From: Oscillospiraceae bacterium
GTDB lineage: Bacteria; Bacillota; Clostridia; Oscillospirales; Ruminococcaceae
Length of the DNA: 55,528 bases
Assembly (NCBI GenBank): GCA_036667055.1
Contig: JAVWUR010000002.1
Span: forward strand, 1-55,528
Reading direction: 5' to 3'
In this document: piece by piece, positions 1-8,250 of the stretch
Numbering within the stretch: the stretch's first letter is position 1
Layout: every line of letters starts with the position of its first letter
Position numbers and translations under genes: made by a program
The notes under the pieces: generated by a model
What the model saw: the letters and a program-made list of their open reading frames with translations, nothing else
What the model was told of the DNA's origin: nothing
The model's database searches: none

Positions 1-28
1 TAGTATAATTTTATTACCTGTTTGTCAA

Positions 29-57
29 TTGAAAAAAGCAACGGTTTATGCTATGAT
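29..57 (+). promoter_or_regulatory. candidate sigma-70-type promoter for ispE
   Basis: TTGAAA (29-34), a 17-nt spacer, then TATGAT (52-57) preceded by TGc. It lies about 75 nt upstream of the ispE ATG. Confidence 0.4.
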
Positions 58-134
58 TAAAATTAAATCAGTACCGCCTTATGGCGTTTTTAGGGCTTTG
101 AGCCATTTTAATTTATTATAATGGGAGATATATA

Positions 135-1010
135 ATGAAAGAAGTTAATGTAATTGCCCCGGCAAAGCTTAATTTAAGCCTTGATGTTGTGGGAGTTGAC
201 AGTAAAGGATATCATCTTTTGGATATGGTTATGCAGTCCGTCTCTGTATTTGAGCGGCTTACCCTAGTTCAGCAGGACACAATTTCCATAACCAGCAACG
301 CCAAGTTTATCCCCACCGATGAAAAAAACACTGCGGTAAAGGCGGCGATGAATTTCTTCGAGTACACCAAGCTCAAAGGTGGGGTGCATATCCATGTGAG
401 AAAAGCAGTGCCCATAAAGGCAGGCATGGCAGGGGGCAGCGCCGATGCCGCCGGAGTTATTGTGGGGCTTGACCATATGTATGGAACAAAGCTGACTATG
501 GAACAGATGTGCGAAATAGGAATTGTCACCGGCAGCGATGTGCCCTTTATGCTCCGTGGAGGCACTAAGCGTGTTAAGGGCACAGGCGAGATAATACTGC
601 CAGCTCCCCCTATGCCGCCCTGCTATTTTGTAATCTGTATGCCAGCTAAGGGCGTTTCCACCCCCCAAGCCTTTGCAGCTTATGACACCCTAGGCGAAAA
701 AGTAAAGGTGGATACGGACAGCTTAATGGGCGCTATAAAGCACAAAAAGCTTACCGACATTGCAAAATATATGGCAAATGACTTGGAAAAAGCGGCGGGC
801 AGCCCCGACACTCAGCCAATAAAGGAAAAACTTTTAGAGCTAGGCGCACTGGGCAGCCTTATGACGGGCAGCGGCTCGGCGGTTTTTGGGCTATTTGATG
901 ATGAGAAAAAAGCGGAGGCAGCGGTAACATATTTTAGAGGACAGGTAAAAAGTGCTTTCTTGGCAAGACCTGTAAACTTTGGCGCCAGCGTAAGAAAAGA
1001 CAAAAAATAG
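135..1010 (+). CDS. ispE: 4-diphosphocytidyl-2-C-methyl-D-erythritol kinase (MEP pathway)
   Basis: 291 aa. N-terminal APAKLNLSLDV block and GHMP-kinase ATP loop PIKAGMAGGSADAAG. GGGAGA RBS just upstream of the ATG. Confidence 0.9.
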   Translation: MKEVNVIAPAKLNLSLDVVGVDSKGYHLLDMVMQSVSVFERLTLVQQDTISITSNAKFIPTDEKNTAVKAAMNFFEYTKLKGGVHIHVRKAVPIKAGMAGGSADAAGVIVGLDHMYGTKLTMEQMCEIGIVTGSDVPFMLRGGTKRVKGTGEIILPAPPMPPCYFVICMPAKGVSTPQAFAAYDTLGEKVKVDTDSLMGAIKHKKLTDIAKYMANDLEKAAGSPDTQPIKEKLLELGALGSLMTGSGSAVFGLFDDEKKAEAAVTYFRGQVKSAFLARPVNFGASVRKDKK

Positions 1011-1043
1011 CTGTGGTGAAATTATCCTTTTAGGCAGATATTT

Positions 1044-1110
1044 AAAAAAAATACCGACCACTCAAAGTTAGTTTTTAGGGCTAACCTTGGGTGGTCGGTA
1101 CAATCTTTTT
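1044..1110. terminator. bidirectional intrinsic terminator between convergent ispE and the pentapeptide gene
   Basis: Long imperfect hairpin CCGACCACTCAAAGTTAG / CTAACCTTGGGTGGTCGG (about 1053-1100), flanked by an A-run (1044-1051) and a T-run (1106-1110). Confidence 0.7.
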
Positions 1111-1163
1111 ATAGCTGTGGGCTGTTATTATTTTATTTTAAATATTGGGGTATCGCTGAAAAG

Positions 1164-1766
1164 CTAGTAAAAGCATTTTGCCCCAAGCATACTGGCTATG
1201 GTGGCAGCAAGCCCAATGTCTATCTTGGCGCCCTTGATATCGGTGGTTTGCAAATCCATATTATTGAAAATGTTATCACGGATATCCGCATTGCGAAAGG
1301 AGGCGTTTGACAACATACAATCGGTGAAATCACAGCCCGTCACTCGTGCCTTGGAGAAGTTGGCAAAGCGCAGATCAGCGCATTGAAAGTTTATATTCTC
1401 AAGACATTTTCCGGAAAAATCGCAGTGCTGCAAGCCTGTGTAGCTCCAGTTGCCTTGGGCTATGGTGACGGTGCTAAACTCACAGTCGCTAAACACTGTG
1501 CCCGTCATCTTTCCGCTGACAAAGCTGGTGGTAAACATATCGCAAAATTTGCATTTGCAGTTTAAAAATGCGCAGTTTTCAAACTCGGCACCGTTAAATT
1601 TACAGCCGGAAAAGACGCATTTTTCAAAGATACACCCCTGAACTATGGCGCCGGTAAAGGTGCAGGCACGAAAGTCGCAGCCCTTGAAGGTGACGAGCTT
1701 TAGCGTCCCCTCCTCGTACTCTAGCTCCAAAAATTTCTGGTTTTCATATAGTTTTTCCGTAAGCAT
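1164..1766 (-). CDS. pentapeptide-repeat protein (Qnr/MfpA-size right-handed beta-helix), Cys-rich
   Basis: 200 aa made almost entirely of five-residue repeats (GCIFE KCVFS GCKFN GAEFE NCAFL ...). It has 16 Cys, mostly at the i-2 repeat position. It starts 18 nt after the stop of the upstream M24 peptidase gene. Confidence 0.85.
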   Translation of the reverse strand: MLTEKLYENQKFLELEYEEGTLKLVTFKGCDFRACTFTGAIVQGCIFEKCVFSGCKFNGAEFENCAFLNCKCKFCDMFTTSFVSGKMTGTVFSDCEFSTVTIAQGNWSYTGLQHCDFSGKCLENINFQCADLRFANFSKARVTGCDFTDCMLSNASFRNADIRDNIFNNMDLQTTDIKGAKIDIGLAATIASMLGAKCFY

Positions 1767-1784
1767 AGTTACCCACTTCCGCTG

Positions 1785-2873
1785 CTAAATTATTATTAAA
1801 TCTTTCGGTGCACGGGTCAAATTTTCCGTTCCGCTGTCCCCGATGTACAGCAAATCGCAAATTCTTATTCCAAACTGCCCCTTGATATAGATGCCCGGCT
1901 CTAAAGTCACCACATTGCCCACCTGCAAGGTTTCCGTTGAACGCTGGGCGATGACAGGTGCCTCGATAAAATCAAGCCCCACTCCATGGCCGGAGGAATG
2001 GCGAAAGTTTCCGCCGTATCCCATCTGCTCAATATAGCTGCGCACCTCCGTGTCGGCATTTTTACAGCTATTGCCATTATGAATGTATTTTACACCGATA
2101 AGACTGGCGTTTTTTACCACCTCATACGCCTTTGCAAATTCCGATGAGGGCTTGCCGATGGAGATGGTTCGGGTAAGATAGCTTTTATACCCACCGTAAA
2201 TCGCCCCAAAGTCCAACAGGAGACATTCCCCATTGGTTATAACCTTCTCGCTTGCCTGCCCATGGATTAAGCTGGAATTTGCTCCCGACACACAGCAGAT
2301 GTGAAACTTATCAAGGTCAGAGCCGTTTTCAAGCAGGCTCTGCACTAATTTTGCCTGAATTTGACGCTCCGTCATGCCGGGCTTTATAAACTCCAAAATT
2401 TCGTCAAAGGTTTTTTCATTTATCCTTTGAGCGGTTTTGATGTTCTCAACCTCCTCCAAGTCTTTGCTGGTGCGAATTTTGTAAAGCTGGGTTTTAAGGG
2501 GCATGACCTTTGCATACATGGCAGTCTCAAACTCAAGATAGTCCTCGTGGCTTATGCCGCTGCTCTCTAGGAGCATTGACTTTATCTTGTCCGACTGCAC
2601 TATATCATTCATAAAGTCCACGTAATTTAAAGGCGTTAGGATAACCTTGATGATAAAGCCTTGTGGAGCCAATTGTCTTGTGGCAATCTCCTCATACCGC
2701 TCGTCCACTAGCACATAGCAGTTGCCTGCCTTTGTGACTATTACCATGCCCTCGGTGGTGGTAAGCCCCGTCAAATATTTCCGATTTTCTATGCTTTTTA
2801 CAACACAAGCGTCTGTTTTTGTAAGCGCCAACAGTTTCCGTACACGCTCTGCACGTGTTTTAAGTGCGAACAT
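1785..2873 (-). CDS. M24 family Xaa-Pro aminopeptidase/dipeptidase
   Basis: 362 aa. N-terminal creatinase-like domain plus a pita-bread catalytic domain with the metal-ligand blocks LLLDFGAIYGGY, HSSGHGVGLDFIEAP and LEPGIY. Confidence 0.85.
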   Translation of the reverse strand: MFALKTRAERVRKLLALTKTDACVVKSIENRKYLTGLTTTEGMVIVTKAGNCYVLVDERYEEIATRQLAPQGFIIKVILTPLNYVDFMNDIVQSDKIKSMLLESSGISHEDYLEFETAMYAKVMPLKTQLYKIRTSKDLEEVENIKTAQRINEKTFDEILEFIKPGMTERQIQAKLVQSLLENGSDLDKFHICCVSGANSSLIHGQASEKVITNGECLLLDFGAIYGGYKSYLTRTISIGKPSSEFAKAYEVVKNASLIGVKYIHNGNSCKNADTEVRSYIEQMGYGGNFRHSSGHGVGLDFIEAPVIAQRSTETLQVGNVVTLEPGIYIKGQFGIRICDLLYIGDSGTENLTRAPKDLIII

Positions 2874-3044
2874 TCTAATTCCCCCGAAATCAATATATTT
2901 AAGTATACCTTATAAGATATGCTTGCTAAAGCAAATTTTTCAGCCATACAGCACACTATTGGCAGATGCACAACAGCATATTTCATAGTTTGCATAGCTA
3001 TGTTATTATATGATAACTCAAAACTCATTTTTTTACAAGAGTAA

Positions 3045-3090
3045 AAGAAAAAAGATAACGCTAAATCATTTTAAAGCGTTATCTTTTTAT
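3045..3090 (-). terminator. intrinsic terminator downstream of the Pro-rich membrane protein gene
   Basis: Stem AAAGATAACGC (3051-3061) pairs with GCGTTATCTTT (3076-3086). T-runs follow on both strands. Confidence 0.7.
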
Positions 3091-3117
3091 GTGGTTATTG
3101 TTACAAGGCACTCGCCT

Positions 3118-4083
3118 TTACTCGCTATCGGTAAAGGAGGGTTCCTTTATATTTCCGGCGGTATAGGTAAGGTCAACGGCAGCTTTTGGGTCTATGGAGC
3201 CGGAGGTGCGTGGGTGCTCACCGCTAAAATTCCGGTCAGCGTTTCCCCTTGTTGCAGCCGCAGGGTTTGTGTGAATAGGGGCATGATTGCCCTTTCTGCC
3301 AAACTTTAGCCGAGACGTCGCTTGGTTGGAACGCTTAACCTTGGTTTTAATAATTTTCATCTCGTCTTTTTTGCCTATTTTAGGCAAATTTATGTTGGGC
3401 AGTGCTATATGGGGCAGATTTATTTTAGGCAATTTAAGTTTAAACTTTTTCTTGTTGGGGTTGGGTGCTTTTGTTAAATCCCCTCGCAAAAGTAAGATGA
3501 GCAGTACGGCAATTAATAATAGCAGACCAATTGCACCGCCAAGCCATATGTATATGCAAATCCCAAACAGCATATTGCACCGATGGCATAGAGTGCAGCT
3601 TGGGGACGCTTTTGCGGGCGGTGGGGGTGGGGTAGGTATAGGATTGCCCTTTTCGTCCAGCTCGGGGGTGGGTACGGGGTTGCCCTTCTCGTCCACCTCA
3701 GGCGTTGGCTCCGGTGTGGGGGTAGGCTTTGGAGTAGGCGTGGGCTTGGGCGTTTCATCGGGGAAAATTTGTGTCATGCCAAGGTATTCCGCATACATTC
3801 GCCGAGGGCTGGGGGAGGGCTGAGGGGTAGGCTCGGCGGCAGACGGCGGGGCACTGTCGGGCGAAGGGACAGCTTGCAGGGTAGAGTTAGGGTCAGCCGA
3901 TTTAGTGGCAGCTTCCTCAGAAACGACAGCGGTGGGGGGCTGAGTAGCCTGTGCGGTGGCAGCCGTTGGCGCAGCGTCGGGCAAAACCTCCGGCTGTTCA
4001 ATGGCGTAAACTCCCATTGCAGTGATATTCCAAATAAATATCACTGCAATAATAATATTAATTAAATTTCTTGTTGTTTTCAT
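3118..4083 (-). CDS. proline-rich two-TM membrane protein of unknown function
   Basis: 321 aa. Order: N-terminal hydrophobic anchor, low-complexity P/T/A/E region with (TPKP/TPEP) runs and a duplicated PTPE(V/L)DEKGNP(V/I) unit, CTLCHRC immediately before a second TM helix (FGICIYIWLGGAIGLLLLIAVLLILLL), then a basic tail with KINLP/NINLP repeats. Confidence 0.6.
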   Translation of the reverse strand: MKTTRNLINIIIAVIFIWNITAMGVYAIEQPEVLPDAAPTAATAQATQPPTAVVSEEAATKSADPNSTLQAVPSPDSAPPSAAEPTPQPSPSPRRMYAEYLGMTQIFPDETPKPTPTPKPTPTPEPTPEVDEKGNPVPTPELDEKGNPIPTPPPPPAKASPSCTLCHRCNMLFGICIYIWLGGAIGLLLLIAVLLILLLRGDLTKAPNPNKKKFKLKLPKINLPHIALPNINLPKIGKKDEMKIIKTKVKRSNQATSRLKFGRKGNHAPIHTNPAAATRGNADRNFSGEHPRTSGSIDPKAAVDLTYTAGNIKEPSFTDSE

Positions 4084-4221
4084 TTTAAAATCCTGTATAA
4101 TATAGAATTATAGAGTAAGCAATTATCCATTTTGGACAATTTCCCATGGGCTAATTGGGCACTTTATCTTAATTATATATTATACTATTATATTTTTTTT
4201 GCAATAGTTAGAGGTGATATT

Positions 4222-4773
4222 TTGTACAAATTACTTACCGAAAGAATGTATCTTGTCCTCAGCAACAGAAATCTTGCCAAGGCAGTGAGCGCTTTTAATA
4301 TTAAAAATATTGGGGCGCTTGCCGAAACCGAGCCGTCAAGACCCGATGGATATTACACCGTCAGCGGGCAGCGAAAATTCCTCAGCATGGAAAAAAAAGA
4401 GGCGGATAGGTGCGAATCCTTCCGTTTTTGGCTGTACGAAAAGGGGGGCAAGGAGGTTATCGGGACGGTTTGCGTCTCGGGGATTATCTTTGGCAGCGTT
4501 AAAAGCGGCTATCTCTCCTACAAAATCGACAGCGATAAGCAGGGTCAGGGCTTTGCTACCGAGGCGGTGTTAGAGGTCATTGACTTTGTGTTCAATGTGC
4601 TGGAGCTGCACCGAATTGAGACGCTGATTATGCCAAAAAACGAAAAGAGCATCCGCATTATGGAAAAGGCAGGCTTTATGCCCGAGGGCATCTCCAAGCA
4701 GTGTCTGGAGGTGTGCGGCAAGTGGGAGGACCATCTGCGTTTTGCCCTTATAAACGACAGAGTTGCGCCATAA
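4222..4773 (+). CDS. GNAT family N-acetyltransferase (RimJ/RimL-like)
   Basis: Conserved LLTERMYL N-terminus, acetyl-CoA block QGQGFATEAV, C-terminal EGISKQ...DHLRFAL. Start placed at TTG 4222, which follows GAGGTG (4211-4216). ATG 4246 is an alternative. The 4132 extension in the ORF track looks spurious. Confidence 0.8.
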   Translation: MYKLLTERMYLVLSNRNLAKAVSAFNIKNIGALAETEPSRPDGYYTVSGQRKFLSMEKKEADRCESFRFWLYEKGGKEVIGTVCVSGIIFGSVKSGYLSYKIDSDKQGQGFATEAVLEVIDFVFNVLELHRIETLIMPKNEKSIRIMEKAGFMPEGISKQCLEVCGKWEDHLRFALINDRVAP

Positions 4774-4829
4774 AACAGCCATAAAATAAAAACATTTAAC
4801 ATTAACTTATAGGACAGGGTAGAAAAATT

Positions 4830-5465
4830 ATGGAAAAAAAAGATTTAGAGATGTTTATTTCCTCCGTTATGGCGGGGGCGCTTGTGGCTTTTGCGGTGGT
4901 AGTAAACCTTTTGTGCGACAATAAATACTATGGCAGCTTTCTGTTCGCCTTTGGCCTTGTTAATATAATAGCCTTTAAATTGGATTTAATCACAGGGGTT
5001 TTTGGCAAGATAACGGTTATAGGCAACAGGGTGAAAACCTCTGTAATTGTATTTTTTGGGAATTTAGTTGGGACACTAGCCGTGGGCTTTTGCTACCGAT
5101 ATGTGCATACCTATAAAAATATATCGGAAAAGGTCACCGCCTCTTTGGCGCTAAAGACGAGTCAAGGGGCGCTGTCCTTATTTATTATGGGGGTGCTGTG
5201 CGGAGTATTTATCGGCATAGCGGTGTGGATACAGCGGCTTTCCGTGGGTGAAGTTACCAAGCTGTATGTGACGATACTCTCCGTCATATTCTTTATCCTT
5301 ATTGGGGCAGAGCACTGTGTAGCCAACATGACGCTGATACATTTGTCCGGTGACTACAGCCTTGCTAATCTTGGACTTTTGTTGCAAAACACAGTGGGCA
5401 ATCTAGCAGGGGGAATTTTAATCTCTCTTTGCGGCAACTATATTTTAACTAAAAAACATGGGTAA
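4830..5465 (+). CDS. formate/nitrite transporter (FNT) family-like membrane protein, short form
   Basis: 211 aa, polytopic. FFGNLVGTLAVG and GAEHCVANM resemble the two FNT signature blocks (GNxxG, GFEHSIANM). Confidence 0.55.
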   Translation: MEKKDLEMFISSVMAGALVAFAVVVNLLCDNKYYGSFLFAFGLVNIIAFKLDLITGVFGKITVIGNRVKTSVIVFFGNLVGTLAVGFCYRYVHTYKNISEKVTASLALKTSQGALSLFIMGVLCGVFIGIAVWIQRLSVGEVTKLYVTILSVIFFILIGAEHCVANMTLIHLSGDYSLANLGLLLQNTVGNLAGGILISLCGNYILTKKHG

Positions 5466-5482
5466 AATATACCGATAAAAAA

Positions 5483-5568
5483 GGCAGCTACCTTGATAAA
5501 AGTGACTTCCCCCCCAAAAAAAAGCTTGGAATTTTTGGAGCACTTTAAAGGTAGCTGCTATTTTTTTT
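5483..5568. terminator. bidirectional terminator-like hairpin with an unusually long loop
   Basis: 11-bp stem GCAGCTACCTT (5484-5494) pairs with AAGGTAGCTGC (5548-5558). The loop is 53 nt. An A-run lies upstream and T8 (5561-5568) downstream. Confidence 0.5.
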
Positions 5569-5619
5569 GCTGATTTTTACTAGTTATTTACTCGACCCTC
5601 ACGTCATCAACTGACTTGT

Positions 5620-6801
5620 CTACCCCACACTTGCATTGTCAGCTGGCAATTGACCAACGCTTGCGCTGTCAGCTGGCAATTGACCGACACGGGCGCTGTT
5701 ATTGAAAATTTCCGCAATCATATCCGCATCCTTAATGGTGCTTATAATGCTGCGAGTCAAGGCATCACGGTCGTTGGCAAGGTCGATAGTCTGCCCATAT
5801 TTTTCAATGGGAGAGAGCAGCTTTACAACTGGGTTTAAGGGGAAACCGGCATTTGCCGCAACCACGACACCCACATCGCCCTGATCCAGCTCCACCACAA
5901 CTCCGATGGGGTAGGCGGCAATACAGGATAAAAATGTGCTTAAAATTTCCGTGTCAAACTGTGTACCGGCACGGCTCATCATGTAGTTTACCGCCTCGTG
6001 GGGCTCCCACGCTCCACGATAAGTTCTGGGGCTAGTGAGGGCATCATACACATCTGCAATGGAGATAATTCTGGCAAAAACCGGAATGTCCTCCCCTGCC
6101 AAGCTGTATGGATATCCGCTGCCGTCATATTTTTCGTGATGGCAGGCGACGGCGTCCAGCACTACATTGGAGATGCCCGGACACTGGGAAAGCTTTTGGT
6201 AAGCAAAGGCAGGGTGCTTTTTCATCTTGACGAATTCTTCCTCCGTCAGCCGTGACGGCTTGTCCAGTATCTCCTTTGATATTTTCAGCTTGCCCACGTC
6301 ATGAAGCATACCTGCCAAGGCAAGACTTTTAAGGTTTGTCTCGGACAGCTCCATTTTTTTACCTATTATAGTTGCGGTAATTCCCACCTGCATACTGTGA
6401 ACATAGGCGTAGTCATCGTAGTTTTTTATCTCCACTAGGTTTAGCATACAATCCTTATTTTCAAGTATCACGCTTGCCATATAGTCGGCAATTTTATCAA
6501 ACGCCTTAACGCTTGCAAAAATATTTCCCTTGGAGGAATACAGGTTTTTGGTGATGTCCTTTATTTCGCTAGTCAGATGGATTTTTTGCTCAACAGTGAA
6601 AATCTCCTCCGGCTGCTCCGTATCCTCCGTGCCTAACAATTCTATATAAGCACCTGCCACATTTCGCTGGGCAAGATCCTCAATATTTTTTGCTGTAAGT
6701 ATATTTTGAGAGTGAAGCAAGGGTAAAAAAGAGGAGGCTCCCCACACTTCCCTTGCTAGCTTCATCCCGGGCTTTAAATTTGATGTTGCAATATAAATCA
6801 T
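5620..6801 (-). CDS. HD-GYP domain c-di-GMP phosphodiesterase
   Basis: 393 aa. Carries HDVGK and HHEKYDGSGYP motifs. The C-terminal tail has tandem SVGQLPAD(S/N)A repeats. Starts 24 nt after the upstream GT2 gene. Confidence 0.85.
   Translation of the reverse strand: MIYIATSNLKPGMKLAREVWGASSFLPLLHSQNILTAKNIEDLAQRNVAGAYIELLGTEDTEQPEEIFTVEQKIHLTSEIKDITKNLYSSKGNIFASVKAFDKIADYMASVILENKDCMLNLVEIKNYDDYAYVHSMQVGITATIIGKKMELSETNLKSLALAGMLHDVGKLKISKEILDKPSRLTEEEFVKMKKHPAFAYQKLSQCPGISNVVLDAVACHHEKYDGSGYPYSLAGEDIPVFARIISIADVYDALTSPRTYRGAWEPHEAVNYMMSRAGTQFDTEILSTFLSCIAAYPIGVVVELDQGDVGVVVAANAGFPLNPVVKLLSPIEKYGQTIDLANDRDALTRSIISTIKDADMIAEIFNNSARVGQLPADSASVGQLPADNASVG
5623..5700 (-). repeat. in-frame 30-nt tandem repeat (about 2.6 copies) encoding the HD-GYP C-terminal tail
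   Basis: The 19-nt core TGTCAGCTGGCAATTGACC is identical at 5637-5655 and 5667-5685 (period exactly 30). Flanks are diverged. Confidence 0.9.
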
Positions 6802-6825
6802 AAAATACCCCCCTCACGTCAAAGG

Positions 6826-7818
6826 CTACAATATATTAAATAGCCGCTTTAATCGGTAGTCTATATACACAAAGATGTTTTTAAACATTGTCCACTCCAC
6901 CCAAAGGTACGCTTTTAGATGGCGGAAATTAAAGGGCGGCTTTTCCACCCTGCCAAAGGCTTTAATACCCATCACTGTACCCTTTAAAAATGGTTTTCCG
7001 TAGCCACGCACGGTGAACGCTGCGAGCTTTGGCAAAAACCCGAAAAATATAAAGGGAAGATTGAATAGGAACATAAAAAGCGGCTGATTTTTATATAATA
7101 GCAGCAAGGTATTTTTGCCGCTCTGCACCGATTTAAACTCGTTATATCTGCCGCCGGTGGTGGCGCTGCATATGTGGTAGCACACCGCCTTTGGGCAAAA
7201 CATATTTTTGTAACCCCTGTTATTTGCCCGCCAGCCCAAGTCCACGTCCTCGCCATAGGCAAAAAAGCTCACATCAAACAGCCCAATTTCCTCCAGTATG
7301 CTTTTGCGATAGAGGGCGGCGCCACCGCAGGCGGTAAAAATTCTCTGTGGGGTTTGGTATCTATCTTTTGACAGCCCGTCACCACGCTTGCACGTCCAGC
7401 CAAAAAGGGGAACATAATCACCGGCATCATCACAAAGCTCTCGATGGTAGTGCTGAACCATCAAGCTACCCACAGAAAATATATTCTCGTCGGAATCCGC
7501 CATGTCCACCAGCTCCTGCAAAAAATCCTCCTGTGCAAAGGCATCATTATTAAACAGCACAGCATATTCCGCCGTGGAATGATTTATCCCTTGGTTTACG
7601 GCGTAGGAAAAACCGGTGTTATCGTCATTTTGAAGGAACACAAAATTATTAAATTTAGCGGCACACGCCTTTATAATTTCCACGGAATTGTCCTTGGAAC
7701 CGTTGTCTATAACAATGATTTCATAGTCGTATTTAAACCGCTGATTAATACAGCTCTCGATGGAGCTTTGCAGCCAACCTTCGCCATTTAGGTTGGGAAT
7801 TATTATACTAGCTTTCAT
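6826..7818 (-). CDS. family 2 glycosyltransferase with C-terminal membrane helices
   Basis: 330 aa. ASIIIPNLNGEGWL, VIDNGSKDNS, LFNNDA and EDVDLGWR blocks typical of GT-A/GT2. Hydrophobic C-terminal segment LFMFLFNLPFIFFGFLPKL. Confidence 0.85.
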   Translation of the reverse strand: MKASIIIPNLNGEGWLQSSIESCINQRFKYDYEIIVIDNGSKDNSVEIIKACAAKFNNFVFLQNDDNTGFSYAVNQGINHSTAEYAVLFNNDAFAQEDFLQELVDMADSDENIFSVGSLMVQHYHRELCDDAGDYVPLFGWTCKRGDGLSKDRYQTPQRIFTACGGAALYRKSILEEIGLFDVSFFAYGEDVDLGWRANNRGYKNMFCPKAVCYHICSATTGGRYNEFKSVQSGKNTLLLLYKNQPLFMFLFNLPFIFFGFLPKLAAFTVRGYGKPFLKGTVMGIKAFGRVEKPPFNFRHLKAYLWVEWTMFKNIFVYIDYRLKRLFNIL

Positions 7819-8018
7819 GTAAACTCCTACTTTTGTCGCTGTAAATGCATAAGTAACTTAAATATACCATAAATGCGAGGTTATTTGCAATAGCCTGTTA
7901 CCAATAATAATCCTTAACTGGGGAAAATATATGAAAATATGCTCTTTCAAATTGCAAAATATATATTTTTGTGCTATTATACAATAGATTTATTATAGAT
8001 ATTAAAGAGGTTGATTTA

Positions 8019-8246
8019 ATGGAAAATTTTATAGCTCCCATAATTATTGTCCTAGCGCTTTTGGGCGTGTTCGCCTTTACGGTATATCGTGCAAGCAAAT
8101 TTTCTTGTCGATGTACCAAGTGCAAAACACTATTTAAGGCAAACCCTGTTGCGGTGGCGCTAGCGCCTCAATCACAGGGGAAAAAGCACCTTATGTGCCC
8201 CAACTGCCGTTCAAAACAGTTGTGTAACTTGATTTTTAAAGGATAG
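8019..8246 (+). CDS. small membrane-anchored zinc-ribbon protein
   Basis: 75 aa from ATG 8019 (AAAGAGG RBS 8004-8010). One TM helix, then CRCTKC ... CPNC cysteine pairs. Its stop lies 4 nt before the flippase start. Confidence 0.55.
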   Translation: MENFIAPIIIVLALLGVFAFTVYRASKFSCRCTKCKTLFKANPVAVALAPQSQGKKHLMCPNCRSKQLCNLIFKG

Positions 8247-8250
8247 ATTT

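Noticed and set aside
3287-4065. Plus-strand ORFs (178 aa and 98 aa) with Gly/Val/Arg-rich products
   Set aside because: They are mirror-image products of the proline-rich coding repeat on the minus strand. GGN codons are the complement of NCC Pro codons. They have no start context.
4132-4221. N-terminal extensions in the ORF track (GNAT from 4132, kinase from 25207, NERD from 11410, PHP from 48719, M23 from 38490, rsmE from 52176)
   Set aside because: In each case an internal start with a properly spaced Shine-Dalgarno sequence gives a protein that begins at the conserved N-terminus or signal peptide. The extensions overlap upstream genes or promoters.
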